64,000 nucleotides of DNA from Lachnospiraceae bacterium. Lineage in GTDB: Bacteria; Bacillota; Clostridia; Lachnospirales; Lachnospiraceae. Below are positions 1 to 11,000 of this stretch, in pieces. Where the stretch lies: assembly GCA_009779895.1 (NCBI GenBank), contig WRBB01000016.1, forward strand, positions 2,363 to 66,362, given 5' to 3'. How positions within the stretch are numbered: the first letter of the stretch is position 1; every line of letters starts with the position of its first letter. The translations under genes were made by a program, and so were the position numbers. The notes under the pieces were generated by a model. That model saw only the letters and a program-made list of their open reading frames with translations, was not told where the DNA came from and searched no databases.

Positions 1-3000
1 CCAAACTCCTTTCTGTTTTCATAGCCACATAATCGCCGGGTACTACACCCATATCCCTTAGTCGCTTCGCAATTACATTAGCTTTACAGTTCAACACGCC
101 ATAAGTCATACTTGTACCTTCAAAGGTCATCGCTATGTTATCCGGTGCTTTGGCCACCTGCTCTTCAAACAACTGTACCACTGTCTGATGACTGGGATAC
201 TCCATTGCCGTATCATTAAATGCTCCAAAAATCAAGCCACGCTCTATTTCCGTAAGCATGTCAATTTCTTTTAGCTTCATTTCCGGCTTTTCAACCAAAT
301 CGCTCAATAATTCTATATAATGTGCAAGCATTAATTCTACTGTCTCTTGCTGAAACAGCATTGTACAGTATTCTAAAGCTATTTCAAAACTTTCATCCTG
401 CTCCTCCATAATAAAAGTTAAATCAAATTTCGCTTCTGCATTTTTTGCTTCCACAAACTCTATTGATAAACCCTCTATGGCATCCCTAAAATCCGGATCC
501 TCATTATTTTGCAAAATTAACATCACATCAAACAAAGGATTCCTAGACATATCACGTCTGACCGCAACATTTTCAATCAATTCCTCAATGGGATACTCTT
601 GATTTTCATAGGCTTTTAAGCTTGTCGTTTTTATCTCTTCCAACAAACGCACAAAAGACTTCTCTTTTTCCGGATATCCCCGCATGGCTAATGTTCCAAC
701 AAACATACCAAACATATTCTCTGTATCCCGGTGCGTTCTTCCAGAAATCGGACTCCCAATAACCACATCCTCTTGATTGGCATATGCCCCAAGTAATGTC
801 ATCGCGGAAGCCAGAAACACCATATACTCTGTTGTTCCTGTCTTTCTCGCCAATTCTTTAATCTTACTGCCCAATTCTTTACCCGTTTCTATCACAATCG
901 TCGCTCCGGCAAAACTTTGGATCGCCGGTCTTGCATAATCTATGGGTAATTCAAGCACCGGAATCTCATCACTAAATGCATCGATCCAGTAATCTTTTTG
1001 GCTGCTCAAATCTCTGCTTCGCATCCACTCACTATAATCTTTGTACTGTACACGTAACTCAGGCAAACATGCACCGGCAGCCAAAGCCAATAGCTCTTCT
1101 ATAAACAATGATATGGACATCCCATCAGAAATAATATGATGCATATCTATTAAAAGCATATGACTGTCTTCTTCTTTTTTCACAATATCTACTCGCATTA
1201 ATGGAGCTTGACTCAAATCAAAGGGACAAATAAAATCTCTTATCATTTGTTCCATACACAAGCCTTTATCCTGCTCCTTATAACCAATATTCATTTTTAC
1301 ATGAGAATGAATCTGTTGAACCGGCTCACCATCCACAAGATGGAAACTTGTTCGAAATGCTTCATGTCTCTGCACCAACTTTTGGAAAACGCTTTCTAGG
1401 TCTTCAACCTTTAGTTTTCCTTGCACTTTTAATGGAATGGGCAAGTTGTAGCTTACCCCTACATCACTAATTTGCTCTATTAAATACAAACGCTTTTGTG
1501 AAGATGACATCGGATAATATGTTTTTACTTCTGCTTGTGGAATTGGCTCATAGGTTCCCTCGACATCTTCTAATGCCAAACTGATCCCTTCCACGGTCAG
1601 ACCTTGAAAAATATCTTTGATCCCCAGCCGTACTCCCGTAACCTGCTCAATATGATTCACTAACAGAGTCGCTTTTAAAGAATTTCCGCCCAACTCAAAG
1701 AAGCTTTCTTTGATTCCAACTTGTTCAATCCCAAACATTTCCTCAAAGATAGCGGCAATCGCTTTTTCCGTTTCATTACTTGGTGCAACATATGCCTTTA
1801 TTGCTGTAATTGCAATCTTCGGAAGCGCACGCTTATTTTGTTTTCCACTGCTCGTTACCGGTATTTCATCAATCTGCATAAAATACGCCGGTACCATATA
1901 TTCCGGTAAATGGTTTCGTAATTGTGCCTTAATCTGTTCAAAGTCAAGAGAAATCTCACTTTGCACATAAGCACATAGTGTTTTATCACCTGTCTCATTT
2001 TCTTGCACTATCGCTACCGCATCTAAAACAGCTTCAATGTTTCTAAGTGCGCTTTCTATCTCTCCCAGCTCAATCCGAAAACCTCTGATTTTTACTTGCT
2101 CATCTATTCTACCAAGATATTCAATATTTCCATCCGCTTGCCATCTGGCCGCATCGCCGGTTCGATATAACTTTCCGTCTCCAAAAGGATTCTCAATAAA
2201 TTTTTCATTGGTTAAAGCTTCACTATTTAAATAACCCTTTGTTACCCCAACACCGGCAATACATAACTCACCAATCATACCGATGCCACATATCGCAATA
2301 CCATTTACAATATATGCTTGATCATTACCAACCGGAGTTCCAATTACTACTTTTTCATTCGCTCTAAGATGATGATGCGTGACCTCTATACTGGTTTCTG
2401 TTGGTCCATAAGTATTAATCAAGTCTACTTCCGAATTATAATCGGAAAACATCTCATAAAAATCATTCACACCATCAACCGTAATCGCTTCACCACCGGT
2501 AAACACATAGCGCAACGTTTTGAGCATGTGAGCATACTTTGCTTTATTGCTCTTAACCGCGATCATCATGGTTTTTAACATAGATGGTACTACTTGCATC
2601 TCTGTTATCTGATGCGCCCCAATCTCTTCGCACATTCTAAACGGATCCTTTTCATCCTCCGGGGACAATAAATAACCCTTGGCTCCTGTCAGGCTCCATC
2701 TGAAAATCTCAACGATTGACGCATCAAACGTATAAGCAGTCTTTTGTAAAACAGTACTACTTGCATCGATAAAATAATTCTCTTGCAAATACGTAATCAA
2801 GTTTACTGTGCCTTTATGTTGGCACATAACCCCTTTGGGTTCTCCTGTTGTTCCGGATGTATAGATTAAATAAAAATCATCTTCCGGCGTATTTATGATC
2901 GGTAAATTTGATTCATCGCCGCCATAAATTGATTCATCCGCTAAATGCATAATCGGGATATTAAAATCCTCCATGCTCACATCTGCTTGATATAACAATA

Positions 3001-6000
3001 TCGCCTTGGCATCACAGTCCTTTAACATGTATTGCAGTCGCTCTTTTGGACATGCAACATCAATAGGTACATATGCTGCACCTGATTTGATGATTCCATA
3101 AATACCAATCACAAGCTCAAAACTCCGCTCTGTTTTCATGGCCACATAATCACCCGGCTTGATTCCCATATCTCTTAATCGTCTTGCAATTACATTAGCT
3201 TTCGCATTTAATACACCATAAGTCATGCTTTGATTTTCGAACATCATCGCAACATGATCCGGTGCTTTTTGCACTTGATCTTCAAACAATTCTATCACTG
3301 TTTTATCTTTGGGATAAACCATTGCCGTTTTATTAAAGTCTGTTAAAATCTGATTTTTTTCGGCCTCTAAAACAATTTCTATTTCACCTATTTTCGCTTC
3401 CGAATACGCATCTATCTGTTCCAACAAATAAATAAATCTTTCAGCCATTCGACTGATTGTTTCTTCCCGGAATAAGTCCATACAATATTCAAAGGCAGCT
3501 TCATAACCACCATCCATTTCTCTTAATGAAAGTGACAAATCGAATTTTGAGATTGCATCCATGTGCTCACCTTCTATTGAGTCAAATTTAACTCCATGGA
3601 TTGTTTTGCTTTCTTGCTCATTGTTTTCATCTAAACTAAACATCACATCAAACAATGGATTGCGTGACATATCCCGTGGTAAATCCAAGACTTCTACCAA
3701 TTCTTCAAATGGATATTCCTGATTCTCATAAGCCCCTAAACTAAAGGCTTTTACCTCTTCCAGAAATTGAGACAAGGTCTTATCTTTATTCGGTTTCCCT
3801 CTCATCACCAAAGTATTCACAAATATACCAAGCATATTTTCCGTATCTCGGTGTGTCCTTCCGGAAATCGGTGTTCCTACTACCACATCCTCTTGATTGC
3901 CATATTTTCCTAGCATCATCATAAACAAGGACAATAATACCATATACTCTGTTGTGTTGGTTTTCGCACTTAAACGCAGCACGCAATCACGCAATCTTTT
4001 ATCTAATTTTCGAACAAGGGTTGCCCCTTTAAAACTTTGAAGCGTTGGTCTGGCATAATCAATCGGCAATGCGAGTACCGGAATTTCATCTTCAAATTGA
4101 CCCAACCAATAAGCCTTTTGAGCACTCAAATCCCGCGACAACATCCATTGGGTATAATCTTTATATTGTACACGTAATGCGGGCAGTTCTGCGCCTGCAT
4201 ACAAAGCTAAAAACTCAGACATCAAAACAACAGTGGAAATGCCATCTGAAATAATGTGATGCATATCTAAAAGCAACACATGTCCTTCTTCTTCCACTTT
4301 TACTATTTCAGCTCTAATTAACGGTGCCTGACTCAAATCAAATGGACGAATAAATTCTTCCATGACTTGTTTTTTATCTATTACTTCCCCTTGCTCTTTG
4401 TAAACAACATCTGACACAACATTTTTATGGATGATTTGAACCGCTTCTCCATCAATCAGTTCAAAACTTGTCCGAAACGCTTCATGTCTTTCAATTAATT
4501 GATGAAACATAGCTTCTGCCTTGTCAACATCTAACTTACCTTCCATTTTCAAAGCAATCGGCATATTATAAACAATACTTGCATCTTCTAATTGATCCAA
4601 CACAAACAATCTTTTTTGCGCAGATGACATTGGATAGTATTCTTTTTCTTCTGCCTGTGGAATCGGCTCATAAACGCCACTTACATCTTCAAGTGCCAAA
4701 CAAATACCCGCAACTGTAACCCCTTGAAAGATATCTTTAATCCCTAATCTCAATCCTGTCTCTTGCTCAATTCGATTTACAAGTAATGTGGCTTTTAATG
4801 AATTTCCGCCCAACTCAAAGAAACTATCATTGATTCCCACTTGCTCTATATCAAACATTTCCTGGAAAATATGCACCATCGTTTTTTCTGTTTCTGTGAT
4901 TGGTGCTACGTATGCCTGCGTACTTGATATCTCAATCTTTGGCAAAGCCTTTTTATTCAGCTTTCCACTACTCGTCACCGGAATTTCTTCCACACGCATG
5001 AAATACGCAGGTACCATATATTCCGGTAAATGATTACGCAATTCTAACTTTATCTGCTCAAAATCAAGCTCATTTTCACTTTGCACATAAGCACATAATG
5101 TTTTATCTCCACTTTCATTGGTCACAACTATCACCACTGCATCTAAAACAGTTGGAATACTTCTAAGCGCACTTTCTATCTCCCCTAACTCAATTCGAAA
5201 GCCCCTGATTTTGACTTGCTCATCCACTCTACCAAGATATTCCATATTGCCATCTACTAACCATCTGGCTCCATCACCGGTTCGATATAATTTCCCATCT
5301 CCAAAAGGATTCACAATAAACTTTTCATTGGTTAAAGCTTCGCTATTTAAATAACCCTTTGTTACCCCAACACCGGCAATACATAATTCACCAATCATAT
5401 CAATGCCGCATAGCGTAGTGCCATTTAAAATATAGGCTTGGTAATTACCAATCGGTTTCCCGATTAATACCTTTTCTTCATTTGCTTTCAAATGATAATG
5501 AGCTGCTTCAACACTGGTTTCTGTTGGACCATAAGTATTAATAAGGGCTATAGCTTTACTATACTGACCAAATACTTTATAAAAATCATTCACAACATCT
5601 ACTGTAATCGCTTCACCACCGGTAAACACATAACGCAATGTTTTGAGCATATGGCCATATTTCTTTTCATCGTTTTTAACAGCAATCATCATAACCTTTA
5701 ACATAGATGGTACTACCTGCATCTCTGTTACATGATGTACCCCAATCTCTTCACACATTCTAAACGGATCTTTTTCATCACCCGGAGATAACAAATGACC
5801 CCTAGCCCCTGTCAGACTCCATCTAAAAATCTCAACAATAGATGCATCAAACGTATAGGCAGTCTTTTGTAAAACAATACTGCTTTTATCAATGGGATAG
5901 TTCTTTTGCAAATACGCAATCAAGTTTACGGTGCCTTTATGCCGGCACATAACCCCTTTGGGTTCTCCTGTTGTTCCAGATGTATAAATTAAATAAAAAT

Positions 6001-6450
6001 CATCTTCCGGTGTATTCACTATAGGTAAATTTGACTCTTCACCCTCATATATTGACTGATCTGCCAGATTTATAACCGGAATACTAACGTCCTCTCTGCT
6101 CACATCTGCTTGATATAGCAATATTGCCTTAGCATCACAATCCTCCAACATGTATGCAAGTCGCTCTTTCGGGCATGTAACATCAATGGGAACATAGGCT
6201 GCTCCAGACTTGATTATTCCATAAATACCAATCACAAGCTCAAAACTACGCTCTGTTTTCATGGCTACATAATCACCCGGTTTTATCCCCATATCTCTTA
6301 ATCGCTTCGCCAAAACATTGGCTTTTGCATTTAATGCACCATAAGTCATGCTCGTATCTTCAAACGTCATCGCAATATCGTTCGTTGCCTTTGCGACTTG
6401 TTCTTCAAATAAATGAACCACCGTCTTTTCTTTTGGATAAACCATTTTGG
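1..6450 (-). repeat. In-register direct repeats of a 3,120-bp NRPS module unit (two full periods plus the start of a third)
   Basis: Equivalent codons lie exactly 3,120 nt apart: HHIISDG at 1121-1141 vs 4241-4261, and PCP Ser codons at 1679-1681 vs 4799-4801. The A-domain N-terminal string ctctgttttcatggc(c/t)acataatcacccgg recurs near 11, 3131 and 6251. By eye, A-T portions are roughly 80-90 percent identical at DNA level and C2 vs C3 somewhat less (estimate, not computed). The starter C1 (6450-7939) is divergent. Confidence 0.85.
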
Positions 6451-7939
6451 TTTTATTGAAGTCTATTTGTATTTTTTTACGTTCCGCTTTGGTAAGAACT
6501 TCAATCTCATTTATTTTTTGATCCAAAATTCCACTTGCTTCATGAATGATTTCATCTAAAAGCAAATAATAACGTTCCACGAATTGTTGAATAAATGTTT
6601 CATCAAAAACACCTTTGCGGTAATTGATTCCCCCCTCAATTTTGTCACCGGCTTTGATTAATTCAAAATCCATTGCTGCTCTGCTATAACCATTGTCAAT
6701 TTCTTGAAAATCAATTTCCAGACCATCAAAAACAAGCTTGCTTTCCGCATGTTCCTTATAATTAAAAAGCAATTGATAAATAGGGCTTTCTTCTTTTTTC
6801 AGATAAGCATCTTTCTTTTCATAACTTTCTAAAAAATTCTCATAGGAGGCTTTTATAAAATCTGAAAATGTCAAATTGTCATCTATCACCGACCTGATTG
6901 GGAGAATATCAGCAAAACAGCCAACCATTGGTTGTAACTCTGCCAAATCCCGCCCTAGGGTAATTACACCGGCGGTAATATCCTTTTGCATGGAATATTT
7001 ATAAATCAACAGTTTTAAAACCGCAAAGTAAATGCTAAAAACCGTTACCTGCTCTCGCTGCGCCACATCTTGAATTTTCTTGGCCACCTGAGCACTAATG
7101 TGAATTTCTTCTCGCAAAGCTAATGCATCAAAATGTGTTAAATCTTGCATCTCTTTTAAAATATCCAATGAAAAGTCAGCACCCTCTAATTGGTCTACCC
7201 AATATTTTTTAGCTAACTTCTCTTCATAGATATCTTTTTTGGCATTACGTTCCCACCAAGCAAAATCTTTAAATTGAATCGATAATTCCTGTTGCCTATT
7301 TTCAATATTTCCAACCTTAGCAAAACAATATTGAAGTGCTTCTCCCAAGGCAATGTTAATGCTCATACCATCGCCTACAAGATGATGCATCACAAGCATA
7401 ACAGTCCAATCATTTGGTGCTGTACAAATAAGGGATGCTCTCACAAGGGTATCTTTCTCTAAGTCAAAAGGTTTTCCTGCCACTTCATCCATCATTTCTG
7501 CAACAACAGCTTTTCTATCACGGTTCAGATGGGAATAGTCATGCATTTCCGGTTCAAACACCATGTCCTCATCCATTTCTGCATAAATCAGACCATTCTC
7601 TTCCTTGAAATGCATATGTAGAATTTCATGCCGATGAAACATCTCCTGAAGCCCCTCTACAAACCGTTGCATTTGAGCCGCTTCAAGGATTCGATGGATA
7701 CCTCTGATACGAGCAATCGAAATCATATTATACATGGTTGCATCCAAACTGATATGATTGGCAACCCATATTTTCTCTTGTGCAAAAGTCAATGGATAAC
7801 GATTATTATCAACTTGAGCAGGCTTGATTTCTACCGCCCCGCCTTGGGTTTGTCTCAGTCGTTTTTTTCTTAGTAATTTTTCCAACAACGCCTGCTTTTC
7901 CGGCGATAACTGACTGAGTTTATCGTTTATTGTGCTCAT
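1..7939 (-). CDS. Non-ribosomal peptide synthetase; N-terminus complete, C-terminus runs off the left window edge; visible domain order C-A-T-C-A-T-C-A(partial)
   Basis: Missing from the ORF track only because its stop lies beyond position 1. My translation from ATG (complement of 7937-7939, GAGG about 9 nt upstream) gives MSTINDKLSQLSPEKQALLEKLLRKKRLRQ... The N-terminal ~700 codons (7939 to ~5820) were read codon by codon without a stop. Downstream motifs all share one frame, and the track shows no stop-terminated in-frame minus-strand fragment in this span, so the frame looks open to position 1 (>2,646 codons). Motifs: C1 MHHLVGDG 7367-7390; A1 FDASIVEIF ~5827-5851 and YTSGTTGEPKG 5954-5986; T1 FFELGGNSLKA (Ser codon 4799-4801); C2 HHIISDG 4241-4261; A2 YTSGTTGEPKG ~2832-2866; T2 GGNSLKA (Ser codon 1679-1681); C3 HHIISDG 1121-1141; start of A3 (LFEEQVAKAPDNIAMTFEGTSMTYGVLN) ~1-200. 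Confidence 0.92.
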   Translation of the reverse strand, partial: MSTINDKLSQLSPEKQALLEKLLRKKRLRQTQGGAVEIKPAQVDNNRYPLTFAQEKIWVANHISLDATMYNMISIARIRGIHRILEAAQMQRFVEGLQEMFHRHEILHMHFKEENGLIYAEMDEDMVFEPEMHDYSHLNRDRKAVVAEMMDEVAGKPFDLEKDTLVRASLICTAPNDWTVMLVMHHLVGDGMSINIALGEALQYCFAKVGNIENRQQELSIQFKDFAWWERNAKKDIYEEKLAKKYWVDQLEGADFSLDILKEMQDLTHFDALALREEIHISAQVAKKIQDVAQREQVTVFSIYFAVLKLLIYKYSMQKDITAGVITLGRDLAELQPMVGCFADILPIRSVIDDNLTFSDFIKASYENFLESYEKKDAYLKKEESPIYQLLFNYKEHAESKLVFDGLEIDFQEIDNGYSRAAMDFELIKAGDKIEGGINYRKGVFDETFIQQFVERYYLLLDEIIHEASGILDQKINEIEVLTKAERKKIQIDFNKTKMVYPKEKTVVHLFEEQVAKATNDIAMTFEDTSMTYGALNAKANVLAKRLRDMGIKPGDYVAMKTERSFELVIGIYGIIKSGAAYVPIDVTCPKERLAYMLEDCDAKAILLYQADVSREDVSIPVINLADQSIYEGEESNLPIVNTPEDDFYLIYTSGTTGEPKGVMCRHKGTVNLIAYLQKNYPIDKSSIVLQKTAYTFDASIVEIFRWSLTGARGHLLSPGDEKDPFRMCEEIGVHHVTEMQVVPSMLKVMMIAVKNDEKKYGHMLKTLRYVFTGGEAITVDVVNDFYKVFGQYSKAIALINTYGPTETSVEAAHYHLKANEEKVLIGKPIGNYQAYILNGTTLCGIDMIGELCIAGVGVTKGYLNSEALTNEKFIVNPFGDGKLYRTGDGARWLVDGNMEYLGRVDEQVKIRGFRIELGEIESALRSIPTVLDAVVIVVTNESGDKTLCAYVQSENELDFEQIKLELRNHLPEYMVPAYFMRVEEIPVTSSGKLNKKALPKIEISSTQAYVAPITETEKTMVHIFQEMFDIEQVGINDSFFELGGNSLKATLLVNRIEQETGLRLGIKDIFQGVTVAGICLALEDVSGVYEPIPQAEEKEYYPMSSAQKRLFVLDQLEDASIVYNMPIALKMEGKLDVDKAEAMFHQLIERHEAFRTSFELIDGEAVQIIHKNVVSDVVYKEQGEVIDKKQVMEEFIRPFDLSQAPLIRAEIVKVEEEGHVLLLDMHHIISDGISTVVLMSEFLALYAGAELPALRVQYKDYTQWMLSRDLSAQKAYWLGQFEDEIPVLALPIDYARPTLQSFKGATLVRKLDKRLRDCVLRLSAKTNTTEYMVLLSLFMMMLGKYGNQEDVVVGTPISGRTHRDTENMLGIFVNTLVMRGKPNKDKTLSQFLEEVKAFSLGAYENQEYPFEELVEVLDLPRDMSRNPLFDVMFSLDENNEQESKTIHGVKFDSIEGEHMDAISKFDLSLSLREMDGGYEAAFEYCMDLFREETISRMAERFIYLLEQIDAYSEAKIGEIEIVLEAEKNQILTDFNKTAMVYPKDKTVIELFEDQVQKAPDHVAMMFENQSMTYGVLNAKANVIARRLRDMGIKPGDYVAMKTERSFELVIGIYGIIKSGAAYVPIDVACPKERLQYMLKDCDAKAILLYQADVSMEDFNIPIMHLADESIYGGDESNLPIINTPEDDFYLIYTSGTTGEPKGVMCQHKGTVNLITYLQENYFIDASSTVLQKTAYTFDASIVEIFRWSLTGAKGYLLSPEDEKDPFRMCEEIGAHQITEMQVVPSMLKTMMIAVKSNKAKYAHMLKTLRYVFTGGEAITVDGVNDFYEMFSDYNSEVDLINTYGPTETSIEVTHHHLRANEKVVIGTPVGNDQAYIVNGIAICGIGMIGELCIAGVGVTKGYLNSEALTNEKFIENPFGDGKLYRTGDAARWQADGNIEYLGRIDEQVKIRGFRIELGEIESALRNIEAVLDAVAIVQENETGDKTLCAYVQSEISLDFEQIKAQLRNHLPEYMVPAYFMQIDEIPVTSSGKQNKRALPKIAITAIKAYVAPSNETEKAIAAIFEEMFGIEQVGIKESFFELGGNSLKATLLVNHIEQVTGVRLGIKDIFQGLTVEGISLALEDVEGTYEPIPQAEVKTYYPMSSSQKRLYLIEQISDVGVSYNLPIPLKVQGKLKVEDLESVFQKLVQRHEAFRTSFHLVDGEPVQQIHSHVKMNIGYKEQDKGLCMEQMIRDFICPFDLSQAPLMRVDIVKKEEDSHMLLIDMHHIISDGMSISLFIEELLALAAGACLPELRVQYKDYSEWMRSRDLSSQKDYWIDAFSDEIPVLELPIDYARPAIQSFAGATIVIETGKELGSKIKELARKTGTTEYMVFLASAMTLLGAYANQEDVVIGSPISGRTHRDTENMFGMFVGTLAMRGYPEKEKSFVRLLEEIKTTSLKAYENQEYPIEELIENVAVRRDMSRNPLFDVMLILQNNEDPDFRDAIEGLSIEFVEAKNAEAKFDLTFIMEEQDESFEIALEYCTMLFQQETVELMLAHYIELLSDLVEKPEMKLKEIDMLTEIERGLIFGAFNDTAMEYPSHQTVVQLFEEQVAKAPDNIAMTFEGTSMTYGVLNCKANVIAKRLRDMGVVPGDYVAMKTERSL

Positions 7940-8003
7940 CTTTTTCTACCTCTTTCATTCTGATTTTTCTAAAACAAATGATGATAAGATTTATTCTGTT
8001 TCC

Positions 8004-11000
8004 CTATGAAGTCAGATTAGAATCTAGCATCTCTGCCATTTCCTCATCTGACATATCCTCCAATTGCGCTAACAATACATCCAATTCCTCCTCAGAGGTA
8101 TCTTTTATTAAATCTTCCATTGTATTTAATTCCAATAAGGTATCTAATTGATCTGCAATTTTTTCAACCTTTTCCTGTAATGGTTGATTATTTAAAAGAT
8201 CAATGACGTTAAGAGAAGCACCTAATTTTAATTCAATTTTATTTCTTAACTCCGTCGCAACCATAGAATCAAGCCCTAATTCCGTCAGCGAGTTTTCCAT
8301 TGTAATTTCTTCTTGCTTCATATGTAAAGCTCTGGCAACAATCTGAATCACTTGCTCTTCTAACATCTGCATTCTATCTTCTTTAGAAAGACTGCTATAA
8401 GCTGACTGAAATTCTTTTAATATTTCTTCATCAGACCTCAGCTCATCATCTCCATCTAAGCTATTTAACATCACTTCTTCCAAATAAGGAATTTTACTTT
8501 TTGCATTCGATTCTTTTAACGTGAGCCAGTCTGCTTCTAAAACCGCTGAATAAGGAATATTTTGATGAATGAGCCGCTCCAATGTTTGCATTCCCTTATC
8601 CGGCGTTATGGGTTCTAATCCTTTTTGCCGATAGACATTGATTAAATTTAACTCTTTAATCATCCCTACCGCCCAAGGTCCCCAAGCAATACTCAAAGCC
8701 GCAAGCCCTTTCTGTCTTCTATATGTAGCCAAACCATCTAAAAATGCATTGGCTGCCGTATAGTTCGCTTGTCCGGCTGTTGTAATTAAAGCAGCAATCG
8801 AAGAAAACATCACAAAAAAGTCCAACCGTTGCTTTTCAAAGCATTTATGCAAAACCCAATGTGAGAAAACCTTTGTTTGATACACTTCATCAAAGACCTC
8901 TTTTGACATTTGAGCAATTAACATATCTTTGACAACTCCGACTGCACTAATAACGCCTCTGACACTTTTTAGACTTTCGGCATGTTCAACAAAATACGCC
9001 TTAACAGCATGTTCATCTAAGAAATCAATAGCATCTACTATCACCGTCGCCCCTTTTTCTTCGAGACCTTGCACAAATTTGATTCGCGCTTGGATTTTAT
9101 GCGCAAGATCCTCATTTTGCCACGCTTCCCTTTCGGGCAAATTTTCCCGTCCCAGCAAAATCAACTTCTTTGCGCCTTTTTCCACCAACCAATTGGCAAC
9201 CAATTGACCCAATGCACCAAAAGCTCCCGTAACCATATAACTGGCATGTTCATCCATCTGAACAGGCAACGGTTTTGTTAAATTACTTGTATTTCGAACC
9301 CGCGCAACATAACGCAGACCATTACGAAAAGCAATTTGATCCTCATCATCACCTTTTAAAACCTGCGTAGCCAATTGATTCAAACTATCCGCTATGGCAT
9401 CCGGATCCAAATCAACAATGCCACCCCATGAGGCAATATATTCCTGATTGGCAAGCAGTCTTGCTGTTCCCCAAATCGCATTTTGCATCACTTCCCGTTC
9501 TTTTTGTGAATCAATGGCTTGCGCTCCTTTTGTTACAATCCAAAGTTTCGGTGCTTTTTCAACGGCCACAGCCGCCTTTACTGCGCTCAAAACCGTATAA
9601 ACACCGGCATCCCCCGATTGTAAAACATTTTGAGTTGTAATTTCATGGTTCTTTGGCAAATCAATATTCCAAAAATGCATAATACCTTTTATTGGCATTG
9701 TTTCTGTTACAGTCTGATACAATGTAACAAAATCTTCATCGTTGTTGAAACCAATCATCGCCTTTTTGGCTTCCATTTCAATGGATAATGCTTCACCTAA
9801 TTCAACACAAAAATAAGTCTCACCCTGCTGGGTTAAGATTTTTTCATATTGTGCACTAACACCACTTTTATCTCTAAGAATCAACCAACTACCCGGTTGT
9901 GATTCTTCTTTGATCTCTTCAACATTCTCCTTTTCAAGCCATTCTAAATCGTACAACCAACTGTCCATTATTTTCAATGGCACTTTTTGAGAAACACCCT
10001 CCAACACCTGTACACGCAAACGTTTAATTTCCGCAATCAAATGACCATTGTCATCATACAAATAAATATCACAATCTGTATAAATGTCAGTCTTTTTTGT
10101 TTGACAACAATAGGACCACATTTTTTCTTTCAAGTCCGCATAAAGTAAAAATTTATCCACACTAACAGGTAGCCGCATCTCAATTTCGGTATCATCGTTA
10201 TCATCCATACCAAATTCCAAGGCAACAATCCCTTGGAAACAAACATCCAAAATACCCGGATATATTTCATATTTTTCCGGCATCTCCACCTGCGGCATCT
10301 TTACTTTAGAGATTGCTTCCGTTTCGCCAACCCAGATTTTATCAATAGCCGCAAATGTATTGGTATATTGAAATCCAGAACCATGGAATTTTTTATAGAT
10401 CTTTTCTCCGGTGGATTCCCGCATATTATTTAATGTTTTTTCTTTAATCCCTCTTAAATCAATGCTTTTTACGGCAGCAAAATTCTGTATTTGTTTCAAT
10501 GCCCCTGTGGAGACCAATTCATAATGATCTACATTAGAAACATTATAGAGCGTAAAGGTAGCCCTTTCTTCATCTAACGTCATTTGCAGTTTTGTTGGTT
10601 TATTCGGTTGAATAAAAACCGCCTTTTTAAATGCAATATCTTCCAGAATATAAAATCCTTCGCCATAATATTCATTTGCCAATTGCAAAGCCATTTCCAT
10701 GTATCCGGCAGCCGGAAACAGTGGATTGCCACCAATACAGTGATCGTCTAAAAATGGAATCAGCTCCTTTTTAAGCTCAACCTCCCAAGTCGGACGTGCT
10801 GTTGCCAATCTTTTTCCTAATAAAATACGATCATATACACCCAACCGCCTAATTTTACTTGACGAAGATTCTGACCAATACACCTCTCTTTGCCATGCAT
10901 AATGGGGCAACTTCACAAAGTTGCCGATTTCCGGATAAATCCTTGTCCACTCTTTAAAAACACCCGTCGCATATAAACCGGCTAAAGCAAAATAAAACGT

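Noticed and set aside
1208-7873. Many 60-90 aa plus-strand ORFs (for example 1710-1970, 4788-5033, 2037-2234, 5118-5354) plus the minus-strand ORF 3786-3986.
   Set aside because: They are antisense or out-of-frame shadows of the NRPS gene. They recur at the 3,120-nt module period and have low-complexity, Cys/Phe/Ser-rich compositions.
1-7939. The ORF track lists no long ORF here, which could suggest a non-coding or pseudogenised region. At one point I also thought I saw a frame change between C1 and A1.
   Set aside because: The track only reports ORFs with an in-window stop. The apparent frame change was my own one-base misreading of a line start. Re-indexing puts the start codon (7939) and all hallmark motifs (codon starts 7390, 5851, 4801, 4261, 1681, 1141) in the same frame. 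No stop-terminated in-frame minus-strand fragment appears in the track.
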